From Pseudomonadota bacterium (GTDB taxonomy: Archaea > Thermoplasmatota > SW-10-69-26 > JACQPN01 > JAJPHT01), in NCBI GenBank assembly GCA_021325135.1, contig JAJPHT010000027.1, positions 32,001 through 96,000 of the forward strand: a stretch of DNA of 64,000 nucleotides, written 5' to 3'. A program made the position numbers and the translations under genes. Positions 18,621 through 28,189 of the stretch are shown in pieces. Within the stretch, counting starts at the first letter, position 1, and each line of letters starts with the position of its first letter. The notes under the pieces are model-generated. The model was given only the letters and a program-made list of their open reading frames with translations, had not been told where the DNA came from and did no database searches.

Positions 18621-19475
18621 TCAAGCCCTCGGTCCGTCTTGGGTCTCCTTCCCCACAAGCTCGCCCACGTCAAGCTCCGCGGTGCCCCAAAGCTCCTCGA
18701 AGCGCGCGGAAAGCTCGCCCGCGAACTTGGGGTCCCAGATGTAGACCGTCGCGAAGTACGCGCGGGGGTTCACCGGGTTCTTCACGCCCACGATGGCCTT
18801 CTCGCCGTCCACCACCGCGAAGGGCACGACCTCGCCCTCGATGACGCGCACGTGGAGGCGCTTGCCCAGATGCGGGATCATGGTGCGCGCGATGACCTCG
18901 TTGAGCGGCGAGTCGAGGATGGTGGGGATGTCGGCCTCGCGCAGGAGGATGCGCGTGCGCACGCCGCGCTCCACCGCCGCGACCAGCGCGTCGAAGAGGT
19001 CCTTGTCCTGCGCCTGGTAGGTGGGGACCTCCAGGTTCACGTCCATGCTCTGCGCGGCCTCGGCGAGCTTCTCCACCAGGAAGCTGCGGCTCTGCTCCTC
19101 GCCTACGCTCGCGCTGTAGAAGCTGGAGGGGTCCTTCTTGACCTTGGGCGAGAGGCGCTTCTCCAGGTCGCTGGCGAGGCGCGTCAGGTCCGCGTAGCGG
19201 TCGTCGAGCTCCCGCTTGCGCTGCGCGAGGAGGAGGCTCATGGCGACGCGGGGCTGCACGGCGCGGTACTGCTTCGGGCGCCCCTCGTGGAGCGTGAGGA
19301 GGCCGCGGTCCACCAGGGAGTTGAGCACGTCGTACACGCGCCCGAAGGGGATGCCCGCCTTGTGCGCGACCAGCGACGCGTCCGCGCTGCCCAGCCGCAG
19401 GAGGACCGAGTAGGCGCCCGCCTCGTAGCTCGACAGGCCGAAGCCCTTCAGCTCCTCCGCCGCGTCGACGTCCAC
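18621..19475 (-). CDS. TrmB family transcriptional regulator
   Basis: FGLSSYEAxAY..LL, IPFGRVYDVLNSL, GRPKQY; C-terminal effector domain. Confidence 0.9.
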   Translation of the reverse strand: MDVDAAEELKGFGLSSYEAGAYSVLLRLGSADASLVAHKAGIPFGRVYDVLNSLVDRGLLTLHEGRPKQYRAVQPRVAMSLLLAQRKRELDDRYADLTRLASDLEKRLSPKVKKDPSSFYSASVGEEQSRSFLVEKLAEAAQSMDVNLEVPTYQAQDKDLFDALVAAVERGVRTRILLREADIPTILDSPLNEVIARTMIPHLGKRLHVRVIEGEVVPFAVVDGEKAIVGVKNPVNPRAYFATVYIWDPKFAGELSARFEELWGTAELDVGELVGKETQDGPRA

Positions 19476-19624
19476 GCCTCCGGATCGGGGCGGCCGAGGG
19501 TAAGGCTTCCGTCCTTACAACCCGGGCCGGGTTGGAAGCGCCTGGGGGGAGAAGGGTTTCCAACTCCGGCCACGTTGATGGGCGAGGCGCAGCTTTATGC
19601 CGGCTCCCGGGCTCCCCGCACACC

Positions 19625-20596
19625 ATGAGCCGGCTCCGGGCAGCCGCGGCCTTGGACGTCGAGGGCGCGCTGAAGCAGGTCGAGGCCGCCATCGCGCAGG
19701 CGGTCGACTGCCAGGAGCCCCTTCTGCGCCAGATGGTGGCGGAGCTCGTCCGTGCTGGCGGCAAGCGCATGCGCCCCCGCATCGCGCTGCTGGCGTTCGA
19801 CGCGTGCGGCGGTGGCGAGGCCGACCTGGACAAGGTGGTGGACGCCGCGGCGGCCTTCGAGCTGATCCACACCGCGAGCCTCGTCCACGACGACATCATC
19901 GACCAGAGCCCGCTGCGCCGCGGCCGCCCCACGGTCCACGTGAGCTACGGCACGCCCCACGCCATCGTGGCGGGCGACTTCCTCTTCACCCAGGGCTTCG
20001 CCCTCTCCGGCCGCCTGCCCAAGGAGGTCATCCGCGTGACCGCCGAGGCGTGCGTGCGTCTCGCGGAGGGCGAGGTCATGGAGCAGCGCCTCCTGGCGGA
20101 GGAGGTGGACGAGGAGTCCTACCTCACCATCATCGCCAAGAAGACCGCGGAGCCCATCCGCGCGTGCGCCATGACCGGCGCGCTGCTGGCGGGCGCGCCC
20201 AAGGAGGTCGTCGAGGCGCTGGGCCACTACGGCCTGGAGATCGGCATCGCCTTCCAGATCGCGGACGACGTGCTGGACATCGCGGGCAACCCGGCCGAGA
20301 CCGGCAAGGCCGTGGGCCAGGACGCCAAGACCGGCGTGCTCACGCTCCCCGTGGGGCTGAACGAGGCCGGGACGGACCCCGGCTGGGACGCGAAGACGTT
20401 CCGCTCCATGGCGCGGCAGACCGACCCCGAGGAGCTTCGTCGCCTCCTCCAGGAGACCGGCGCCATCGACAAGGCGCGCGGCGTCGCCCAGAAGTACAGC
20501 GACCGGGCCAAGGCGCGCCTCGCCGTGCTGCCCCCCGGCCCCTCCAAGGACGCCCTCGTCGCGCTGGCCGATTCGGTCGTGAAGCGGCGCTCCTGA
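19625..20596 (+). CDS. Trans-polyprenyl diphosphate synthase
   Basis: GGKRMRP, HDDIID..RRG, FQIADDVLD. Confidence 0.92.
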   Translation: MSRLRAAAALDVEGALKQVEAAIAQAVDCQEPLLRQMVAELVRAGGKRMRPRIALLAFDACGGGEADLDKVVDAAAAFELIHTASLVHDDIIDQSPLRRGRPTVHVSYGTPHAIVAGDFLFTQGFALSGRLPKEVIRVTAEACVRLAEGEVMEQRLLAEEVDEESYLTIIAKKTAEPIRACAMTGALLAGAPKEVVEALGHYGLEIGIAFQIADDVLDIAGNPAETGKAVGQDAKTGVLTLPVGLNEAGTDPGWDAKTFRSMARQTDPEELRRLLQETGAIDKARGVAQKYSDRAKARLAVLPPGPSKDALVALADSVVKRRS

Positions 20597-20764
20597 GGCG
20601 CGGCCGTCGCATCCAGCGGGGCAAAGAAGATCGCTCCCCCAGCCTCCACCCCCCTCGTGACGGCCCTTCCACGCCCCCACGCCATGCCCCCTGGACCCTC
20701 ATTCAGCCCCAAGTTTCCAAAAAGTGGGGCAAACATTAAGGATGCGGGGCAACGATCCCTCCTC

Positions 20765-20965
20765 ATGCCAGCCGAAGCCGTCGAGCACCTGGACGCCCGA
20801 GGCCGCGTCACCGTGAAGGCCGCGTTCCGCGACCGCCTCAAGGACGGCTACGTCCAGATCCTCACCCCGGACGGCGTGCTCTTCCGCCGCGTCTCCACGA
20901 CGCCGCTAAGGACGAAGGCGCCCGCCCTGGACGACGTGGACGGCGAGGCGATGGCGGACCTCTGA
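20765..20965 (+). CDS. AbrB/MazE-like antitoxin (VapB-like)
   Basis: LDARGRVTV motif; coupled to the downstream PIN gene. Confidence 0.65.
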   Translation: MPAEAVEHLDARGRVTVKAAFRDRLKDGYVQILTPDGVLFRRVSTTPLRTKAPALDDVDGEAMADL

Positions 20966-21384
20966 TGCCCGACGCGGCCCCCCACGGGGGCGGGCTGCCG
21001 GTCCCTTCTGTGGACGGGCCCGACCTCGCCGACCTCAACCTCGTCCTTGCGCACCTCAAGCAGGCCGACGCCCTGAAGGCGCGCGCCGAGAAGCACCTCC
21101 GCGCCGCGGGCGCGCCCCTCGTGACCTTCGCCGTGGGCATCGAGCTTCTCCTCTGGTGCCGCAAGCACTCCCTGAGCCCCCTGGACTTCGTGGAGCGGTG
21201 CGTCACCACCTTCGAGGTGGAGGGGAGCGACGTGCTGCTGGCCGCGGCCTACGCCATGGAGCGCGACGGCATCGCGAGCCCTTTCGACGCCGTGCATCTC
21301 GCCGAGGCGATGCACCGCAGGGCGCGGCTCGTCACGGCGGACGACCGGCTGCTGCGCTCGAAGTACCCGACCCTGGCCTACTGA
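20965..21384 (+). CDS. PIN-domain protein (VapC-like)
   Basis: ADLN, E, FDAVHLA, VTADDRL acidic motifs. Confidence 0.75.
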   Translation: MPDAAPHGGGLPVPSVDGPDLADLNLVLAHLKQADALKARAEKHLRAAGAPLVTFAVGIELLLWCRKHSLSPLDFVERCVTTFEVEGSDVLLAAAYAMERDGIASPFDAVHLAEAMHRRARLVTADDRLLRSKYPTLAY

Positions 21385-22478
21385 GGGAAGAGCGCGGCGC
21401 GCACGCGCTCCAGCCCGGCGAGGTCGTGGACGCTCCCCTGCATCGCGGGCACGACGCGCACGGGGACGGGCATCTCCTCGCGCAGCTTGTCGGCGTAGCG
21501 CGCCTGGTCGCGGGCGAGGCCGTCGTAGAAGCGCGCGGCCTTGATGGCGTCGTCCAGGAAGCGCTCCGCCGCGTCGGGGTCCACGCGCGCGGCGGCCCCG
21601 ATGCGCTTCACCGACCCGGCGCGGAAGGCGGGGTTGTCCAGCATCTCGGTGACCTCCATGCCGGGCAGGCGCGGGTGATAGCGATTCACGATGGCGGAGT
21701 CCACGCGAAGGCCGAGCGTCTGCGTGATGTCCCGGTAGAGGCGCGTGGCGCGGGGGACCGACTCCTCCTCGGCGGTGGCGACGACGTGCAGCGACGTGCG
21801 GGCGGGGTCGTTGAGCACCTCGTCCATGGCGCGCACGCGCGTCTCCATGTCGCGGAACATCTGGTCGAAGGTGACCATGAACTCGGCCATCTCCTCGACG
21901 TACTCGTTGCTGGTCCAGCGCGTGAGGAGCTGCATCATGGCGCCGCCCCCGAGGCGCAGGAAGCGCGTCGGCTTGAAGAGGTACTTCACGACGCCGCTCT
22001 CGAAGACGCGGATGAGCCGGCGGTTCACGCGAAGGAACTCCACCGCGTGCGCGCTGGGCGGCGTGTCCACGACGACGAGGTCGTACTGCCCGTCGGCGAT
22101 GAGGTCGTGCAGGGCGCCCATGGCGACGAACTCCTCGCTGCCGGCGAACGCGTCGGAAAGCTGCTCGTAGAAGCGGCTGTTGAGGATGCGGTGGAGAGTG
22201 CGGGCGTCGTGCGCGTAGCGCTTCACCAGCGCGTCCAGCGCGGCCTTGGTGTCCAGCATCAGGGCGTCCAGGTTGGGCCGCACGTTGACGATCTCGCTGC
22301 CCAGCTTCACGCCCAGGCTGTCCGCGAGGCGGCGCGCGGGGTCGACGGTGAGCACCAGCGTCTTGCGCGTGCGCGAGGCGTGGAGCGCGCTGGCGGCCGC
22401 GATGGTGGTCTTGCCCACGCCGCCCGTGCCCAGGAAGACGACGAGCTTCTTGGTGGCGAGGGCCTGCTCCAGGTTCAT
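21378..22478 (-). CDS. ArsA/GET3 family ATPase, subunit 2
   Basis: GTGGVGKTT, TVDPARRLA, VVDTPP. Confidence 0.9.
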   Translation of the reverse strand: MNLEQALATKKLVVFLGTGGVGKTTIAAASALHASRTRKTLVLTVDPARRLADSLGVKLGSEIVNVRPNLDALMLDTKAALDALVKRYAHDARTLHRILNSRFYEQLSDAFAGSEEFVAMGALHDLIADGQYDLVVVDTPPSAHAVEFLRVNRRLIRVFESGVVKYLFKPTRFLRLGGGAMMQLLTRWTSNEYVEEMAEFMVTFDQMFRDMETRVRAMDEVLNDPARTSLHVVATAEEESVPRATRLYRDITQTLGLRVDSAIVNRYHPRLPGMEVTEMLDNPAFRAGSVKRIGAAARVDPDAAERFLDDAIKAARFYDGLARDQARYADKLREEMPVPVRVVPAMQGSVHDLAGLERVRAALFPQ

Positions 22479-22521
22479 CCGGGGGGCCTCCTCGTCTCTG
22501 CGTCACCACTGGACACGACGG

Positions 22522-23451
22522 TCAAGCGAACGCCTCCGGGGGCTGCTGCATCGCCTCCGCGACCCGAAGCAGGCGCCGCGAGGACTCGGCGATGTAGGGC
22601 ACGACCGAGAGCTTGACGCCCTCCAGCCCGCGAAGCTCTCCGAGGTAGCCTTGCGCCTCGGCGCGCTGCGCGGCCACGAGGTTGAGCGCCGCGAGCCACG
22701 GGCCCACCTGGATGGGGGCGCGCCCCTCGGCGGAGCGCTCGAAGGCCTCGCGCGCCTTGGCATCGCGGGTGAGCTTGTCCAGGACCGCGCGGCTCTGGCC
22801 GTCCACGAAGACGCGGGGCAGCCACTTGTTCACCGCGACGTTGTCCAGCGGGAAGCCCTGCCGGCGCAGGCTCGCGGCCAATTCCATCGTCTCGCGCACG
22901 GGCATCTCCTCAGGGAGCGTCACGATGACGACGTCCGTCACGGTGGGGTCGTGCAGCATGTCGCGAAGCTCCTCGGCGCGGGCGCGCAGCGGGCCCGCCA
23001 GGATGCGCGCGGACTTCTCGGGGGCCTCCAGGAAGTGGATGCCGTGGCCGGTGGCGGGGGGATCGAGCACGATGCGGTCGTACCCTTCGCCGCGCTTCTT
23101 GGCGAGGGTGTGGAGGATCGCCAGTTCGCGCACGCCGGGCACGATGTCGATCATCCCCTCGTAGCCCGGGTGCTTGACGACGTAGTCCGCCAGGGCGCCC
23201 AGGCGCGTGACGCGGCGCACGAGGTCGTCCACGAGCGCCCGCGCGTCGAGGTTGAGAAGCTCCAGCCGGCCGCGCGTGTCGATGCCCGCGGCCTCGTGCG
23301 TGATGCGCGACGCGGGGTTGTCCTCGTCGATGACGCTCACGAGGAGCACGCGCTCGCCGGCCGCGGCGCGGTCCACGGCGAACGCGCTGGCGAGCGTCGT
23401 CCTCCCGACGCCGCCCTTGCCCAGGAAGATCGACAGGCGCGCGCCGGGCAT
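22522..23451 (-). CDS. ArsA/GET3 family ATPase, subunit 1
   Basis: GKGGVGRTT, PGVRE, LDPPATGH, VTLPEEMPV. Confidence 0.88.
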   Translation of the reverse strand: MPGARLSIFLGKGGVGRTTLASAFAVDRAAAGERVLLVSVIDEDNPASRITHEAAGIDTRGRLELLNLDARALVDDLVRRVTRLGALADYVVKHPGYEGMIDIVPGVRELAILHTLAKKRGEGYDRIVLDPPATGHGIHFLEAPEKSARILAGPLRARAEELRDMLHDPTVTDVVIVTLPEEMPVRETMELAASLRRQGFPLDNVAVNKWLPRVFVDGQSRAVLDKLTRDAKAREAFERSAEGRAPIQVGPWLAALNLVAAQRAEAQGYLGELRGLEGVKLSVVPYIAESSRRLLRVAEAMQQPPEAFA

Positions 23452-23492
23452 CGGAGGCGCCTACTGGCGTCCGGGGCAAGAAGGTGTTGGTG

Positions 23493-24317
23493 TCAGAGGT
23501 CCTGCTCCTGCCACCATCCCAGCTCCAGCGCAGTAAAGACCTGCTTGATCTCGGCGGGGATCGCCTCCACCTGCTTCGCGTCGGCGAAGTAGCCCTGGCA
23601 GCCGGGCGTCGCGCGGATCGCCTCCAGCACCGTCGCGGGGTCGACGCCGCGCTCCAGCGCGTAGGAGGGGAGGACGTGCCCCACGTTCGCGCGCGCCTTG
23701 CGCACGAGGTCGGTGGCGCGGGGCGCGTAGTGCGAGCCGCCCAGCGCGAGGAGCGTGGGCGCGGCGTCGCCCGCGCTGGGCGTCCGCGCGGCGAGGAGGC
23801 TGCGCGCGACGCGGGTCCCGAGGTCGGGGTCGGCCCACGCGCGCTCGTCGGTGCCGATCTCGACGAACATCGCAGGCGTGTCGAGCCACGGGCCGTGGTG
23901 CGTCGCCTCCAGCGTGACCTCGTGCTTGAGCCCCGCGGCCTCGGCATGCAGGCGGCGCAGGATGCGCCCCATGACGACGGGCGCGGTGGGGACCACCGTG
24001 CGCGCCTTGCCCCCCAGCGCGGCGTCGCCCCAGTTGCCGAGGGGATGCACGGTGAGGGCGGGCTTGCCGCTCTCGGCGCGGTGCCGGCTGGCGAAGAGGA
24101 CGACCTCCGCGGGGACGCCCGCCTTGCGAAGCTCTGCGTCGATGCCGTCGCACTCCAGGTGCAGGCGCTCCGTCTCGGCCATGGCGAAGCCGCCGTAGCG
24201 GCGCACGGGCAGGCCGTGGAACGCGCCCTCCTCCTTCCAGGGCGCCATGGCGAGGAGGGCGTCGCGGATGGTGACGCTCGCGCGGTCGGCGCGCGAGACG
24301 AGGATGAGGGTCGTCAT
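23493..24317 (-). CDS. dtdA: D-aminoacyl-tRNA deacylase, archaeal DTD2 type
   Basis: SRH, TVHPLGN, EATHHGP, FVEIG, GGSHY. Confidence 0.9.
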   Translation of the reverse strand: MTTLILVSRADRASVTIRDALLAMAPWKEEGAFHGLPVRRYGGFAMAETERLHLECDGIDAELRKAGVPAEVVLFASRHRAESGKPALTVHPLGNWGDAALGGKARTVVPTAPVVMGRILRRLHAEAAGLKHEVTLEATHHGPWLDTPAMFVEIGTDERAWADPDLGTRVARSLLAARTPSAGDAAPTLLALGGSHYAPRATDLVRKARANVGHVLPSYALERGVDPATVLEAIRATPGCQGYFADAKQVEAIPAEIKQVFTALELGWWQEQDL

Positions 24318-24611
24318 GGCAAGGGCTCCGCTGGGGGGAAGTCAAATAAGATGGGCATGACCGGACGAGCCTGGGACGTTGGCTTTCCGACGGAGACCCA
24401 TCCCCCCCACGCCAAAGCGGTTGGCCGACACCCCCCGTCAGAGGGCGAGGCTCCGGTGCGTGGATGCGTAAAGAACGGATCGCGTAGGGGGCAGTCCTGC
24501 TTAACGCTGCCGGCATCCTCCTGGCAAGCGTCGATGGAGGGTTTTTCTCGTGGGAAACCGGCCTGGGCAGTCGCCGATCGGCGGAGCCTGGAACGGCGAT
24601 CGCCGTTGCCG

Positions 24612-25412
24612 TCAGGCGAGCCGTTCCGGGCACAGGTCGCGCCGCGAGCAGCCGCGGCACTTGCCCGGGCGCTCGTGGTTGCGGTGGACGACGCCCGTCA
24701 TGTCCGAGAGGCGCATGCGCAGCGTGGTCTCCAGCACGCGGTCGCGGAACTCGTCGGTGAAGGGCACCTCGAAGGTGCGGCCCGAATACTGGAGCACGCC
24801 GTGGGGCGGGCGGATGCCATAGTTCTCCTCCACCAGCAGGCAGTAGACGCCAAGCTGCATGAGGTGCGAGTCGTGGGGCGTGTCGGGCGTGCGGCCCGTC
24901 TTCAGCTCCACGGGGATGTAGTGGTCGTGGCGGCGCACGATGTAGTCGGGGCGGCCGGAAAGCTCGTACTTCTCGCTGCGCAGCGTCTCGGCGGGCCGGT
25001 CGAGGTCGCTGTACGCCAATTCCCCCTCCACGAGGCCCGCCTCCGCGACGACCTCCTGGGCCTCCTTTTCCTTTAGGATCGCGCGCAGAAGAAAGCCCAG
25101 CGCGATGAAGAGCCACAGGAGGCTCATCATGACGAGGAGCGTGTGGTACGCCCAGTGCGCGTCGAGGAACACGACCTCCAGCGCGAGCGTCATGGCGCTG
25201 GCCGCGGTGAGGGCGAGGTAGAGCGCGATGCGCAGCGACTCGTGGTGGTCTGCCAGGATGCGCCGCCACTTGGCGATGCGCTGCCCCACGGCCGCGTGGT
25301 CCGCCTCGCCGCGCTGGAGCGCCTCGTCCACGCCGCTCATGCCGCGGCGCGCGAGGGCCCAGCTGAGGGGGCAGTAGACGTAACGCTCCACGTCGGCGGC
25401 GCTGTACCCCAT
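24612..25412 (-). CDS. Stand-alone Cas4-like nuclease with two inserted TM helices
   Basis: YCP, GRPDY, VELKTG, QLGVY, CxxC-x5-C; GGAGGT SD; no CRISPR array or other cas genes nearby. Confidence 0.85.
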   Translation of the reverse strand: MGYSAADVERYVYCPLSWALARRGMSGVDEALQRGEADHAAVGQRIAKWRRILADHHESLRIALYLALTAASAMTLALEVVFLDAHWAYHTLLVMMSLLWLFIALGFLLRAILKEKEAQEVVAEAGLVEGELAYSDLDRPAETLRSEKYELSGRPDYIVRRHDHYIPVELKTGRTPDTPHDSHLMQLGVYCLLVEENYGIRPPHGVLQYSGRTFEVPFTDEFRDRVLETTLRMRLSDMTGVVHRNHERPGKCRGCSRRDLCPERLA

Positions 25413-25561
25413 GACCTCCTTGCCTGGGGTGCCCCTCGGCTTGAACCCGATGGGGACTTCCCTCTTGGGGCCCGCCCCCGACACGTTCCCCTCGCTGAGG
25501 GCGTCCGCCAGGGGGCCCCGTCGCCTCTGGCCAGCACGGCGCGGAGGTCGGGCCCCAGGGT

Positions 25562-25993
25562 TCAGGGCGCGTGGGTGGGGGCAAAAGACGGCTGGGGCTC
25601 CTCGGAAGGGGGCGGCTCCGCGGGGATCTCCACCACCCGCGGCGCGCCGAAGCCGCCGGGGCCCCGCAGCAGGAGGACCCGCCCCGCGGCGTCCTCGAAG
25701 AGGAGGCCTTCGCCCTCGGGGCCCGCATGCTCCCGCACCGTGGCGCCCGGCCGCTCGTCGCGCAGCCGCCGCTCCTCGGCGCGGAAGCGGGCCCGCGAGC
25801 GGCCGTCCATGACGGCGAGGGGCACGGCGAGCACGATGAACAGGATGGCGAGCCCCGCCAGCCAGACGGCGTCCTTGTGGCCGTTGTCCGGGCGGTCCAC
25901 CTCGCGGAACGCGCCGCGGTCGTAGGCGTAGAAGATGCCGCCGCCCACGACGGCCATGGCGATGAGAAGCGCGGCCACGCCTTCCTTGTCCAT
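25562..25993 (-). CDS. Hypothetical two-TM protein
   Basis: GAGG SD; sits between dys and the cas4-like gene. Confidence 0.7.
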   Translation of the reverse strand: MDKEGVAALLIAMAVVGGGIFYAYDRGAFREVDRPDNGHKDAVWLAGLAILFIVLAVPLAVMDGRSRARFRAEERRLRDERPGATVREHAGPEGEGLLFEDAAGRVLLLRGPGGFGAPRVVEIPAEPPPSEEPQPSFAPTHAP

Positions 25994-25999
25994 GGCGCC

Positions 26000-27079
26000 T
26001 CACGCGTGGCGCAGGGGCTTCAGCTCGTCGCCTTCGTAGTCGAGGACGAGGCGCTTGCGGCCCTGCCAGAGGTGCTTCTTCTGGATCAGCGACGTCGCGA
26101 GCAGCGGCAGCGCGACGGTGATGTCCACGTGCGCCTGCACGAAGTCGGCGTCCTTGGCGATCTTGCCCCAGGACTGCGCCTCCTTGAACGTGCAGCCCGA
26201 GAGCGCGCCCCAGTCGGGCATGTCCATGGTGAGCTGGATCGCGTACTGGTGGCCCCCGGCGTCGTGCCCCAGGACCTCGGAGATGACCTCGGTCTGCTGG
26301 ATGTAGTTCTTCGGCACGCCGCCGCCCAGGTAGATGATGCCCGTCTTGTCGGACTTGTACTTGACCTGCGCCAGCTCGTAGGCGTCGCGGATCATGTCCA
26401 GCTTCGGATACGGTCTTCCCGAGGCCTTGGCCTTGGTGTAGTTGTAGATCATGCCGATCCCGATGCTGCTGTCGTGGATCGTGGGCACGAAGATGGGGAC
26501 CTTCTGGCGCGCGGCCTCGGCGACCCACGAGTCCTGGTCGCCCTTGAAGTGCTCGCCGAAGAACTGCATGATCTCGCGCGTGGAGTACGTGCGCGAGGGG
26601 TCGAGCTTCGCCACGAGCCCGCCCAGGTAGTCGTCGGTCTCGCGGAACTTCTCCTCGTCCACGATGGTGTCGTAGAGGCGGTCCAGGAAGTGCTCGCGGA
26701 GCTCCAGGTCGTCCACCTCGGGCGCGGCGCGCCAGAAGTTGTAGCCCCGCGCGGCGTACATGTCCTGGTAGGGCTGGCTGCCCACGGTGACGATGACGTC
26801 CACGAGCTTGTGGCGGATGAGGTCGCGCAGCACCTTGCGCTGGCCGCCGGCCATGAGGCTGCCCGCGACGCCCAGGATGATGGTGGGCCGCGCGGGGTCC
26901 TGGAGCATGTTCTCCCACACCTGGAGCGCCGTGCCCAGGTTGCGGCCCTGGAAGCTGATGTTCTTGTACGCGTCCATCAGCTCGGCGACGGTCTGGATCT
27001 TGGAGGGCTCGAACTGCTGGATGGGCGTGTTGAGCCAGTCCTGCTTCTTGGTCCTGGGCGCCAGGGGAACCACCGACAA
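26000..27079 (-). CDS. dys: Deoxyhypusine synthase family protein
   Basis: SFQGRNL, DSSIG, GGGVPKNYIQQ, GALSGCTFKEAQSWGK. Confidence 0.88.
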   Translation of the reverse strand: MSVVPLAPRTKKQDWLNTPIQQFEPSKIQTVAELMDAYKNISFQGRNLGTALQVWENMLQDPARPTIILGVAGSLMAGGQRKVLRDLIRHKLVDVIVTVGSQPYQDMYAARGYNFWRAAPEVDDLELREHFLDRLYDTIVDEEKFRETDDYLGGLVAKLDPSRTYSTREIMQFFGEHFKGDQDSWVAEAARQKVPIFVPTIHDSSIGIGMIYNYTKAKASGRPYPKLDMIRDAYELAQVKYKSDKTGIIYLGGGVPKNYIQQTEVISEVLGHDAGGHQYAIQLTMDMPDWGALSGCTFKEAQSWGKIAKDADFVQAHVDITVALPLLATSLIQKKHLWQGRKRLVLDYEGDELKPLRHA

Positions 27080-27207
27080 GCCGCGCGAGGGGGCGGAGCT
27101 TCAAGAAGGTTTGCCCGGCGTGGCGCCCTGCTCCGCCTCCCTTCCGTCCCCCCGTTTCCGACGACCCTGCGACAATCGCTATCGGCCCGCGCCCCGAGGA
27201 TCCGCGC

Positions 27208-27549
27208 ATGGCCGACAAGCAGGAGAAGGGCTGGATCAGCAACGAGGACGAGCGCGACCGCGCGGCGGTGCTGCGGGAGAAGGAGCGGCGCGGCGAGCCG
27301 CTGACGCCCACGGAGAAGGGCTGGCTGGGCGCCTACGAGTCGCGGCGCTCGACGCGGCACGACCCCGACAGCGAGCACCGGACCCGCTCGTGGATGGCGG
27401 GCGAGGAGACACGCAGGCCCGAACTCTCCGAGGACACGGAGGCCGAGGTCGAGCGCATCAAGGCCAAGGAGGCGCGCGGCGAGACGCTGACGCGCCACGA
27501 GGCGGGCGTGCTGGGCGGCGCCGCGCGGGCGAAGGGCGGGAAGCCCTGA
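27208..27549 (+). CDS. Small hydrophilic protein with an internal repeat (stress protein-like)
   Basis: KExRGExLTxxExGxLG occurs twice. Confidence 0.65.
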   Translation: MADKQEKGWISNEDERDRAAVLREKERRGEPLTPTEKGWLGAYESRRSTRHDPDSEHRTRSWMAGEETRRPELSEDTEAEVERIKAKEARGETLTRHEAGVLGGAARAKGGKP

Positions 27550-27554
27550 GGCGC

Positions 27555-28112
27555 CTACCCTCGCCCCGGCGGCTGCTCGCTGCGCGTCGGCCTCGTCACG
27601 GGCCGCGTCTCGGGCTCGGGGGGCAGCCGGCCCTCCTTGGTGGGGCGCCGGATCTCCTTCACGAGGCGCTTGGCGCCGGTGGGCACGTGCGCGGCCTTGA
27701 TGGCGTTGTGCGTCTCCTCCAGGAGGACGCCGTCCACGAGGTCCTTGGCGACGACCGCGATGTCGCTGATGCTCACGATGCCCAGCAGCTCGCGGCTCGC
27801 GTTGACCACCGGCACGCGCCGCACGACGCCCGCGCTGCGCATGGTGTCGAGCGCGCTGAACACCGTGTCCTCCAGCGTGAGGCACGCGGGGTCCGGGTGC
27901 ATGACCTCCTCGACGGGCGCGTCGGGACCCAGCCCGTCGGCGAGCGCCAGGATGGCCAGCATCCGGTCGGTGACGAGGCCGGCGACCTTGCCCGCGCGGA
28001 GGACGACGACGCAGCCGACCCCCTTGTCCCGCATGAGCCGGGCGACGCCGCGGACGGGCTCGTTCACGTCGCAGGCGACCGGGTTCTTCGTCATGACGTG
28101 CTCGACGTGCAT
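27555..28112 (-). CDS. CBS-domain protein
   Basis: VMTKNP, GLVTDR, RRVPVV, GIVSISDI. Confidence 0.88.
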   Translation of the reverse strand: MHVEHVMTKNPVACDVNEPVRGVARLMRDKGVGCVVVLRAGKVAGLVTDRMLAILALADGLGPDAPVEEVMHPDPACLTLEDTVFSALDTMRSAGVVRRVPVVNASRELLGIVSISDIAVVAKDLVDGVLLEETHNAIKAAHVPTGAKRLVKEIRRPTKEGRLPPEPETRPVTRPTRSEQPPGRG

Positions 28113-28189
28113 GGCGCGCGCTGGGCGCTCATGCTGCAAATGCGGCGCGCGCTGGCCCTCTGGCTGGGGGCTCCATCGCCTTGGAGCGA

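Noticed and set aside
24612-25412. CRISPR-Cas system
   Set aside because: Only a solo Cas4-like gene; no array, cas1 or cas2 in the window
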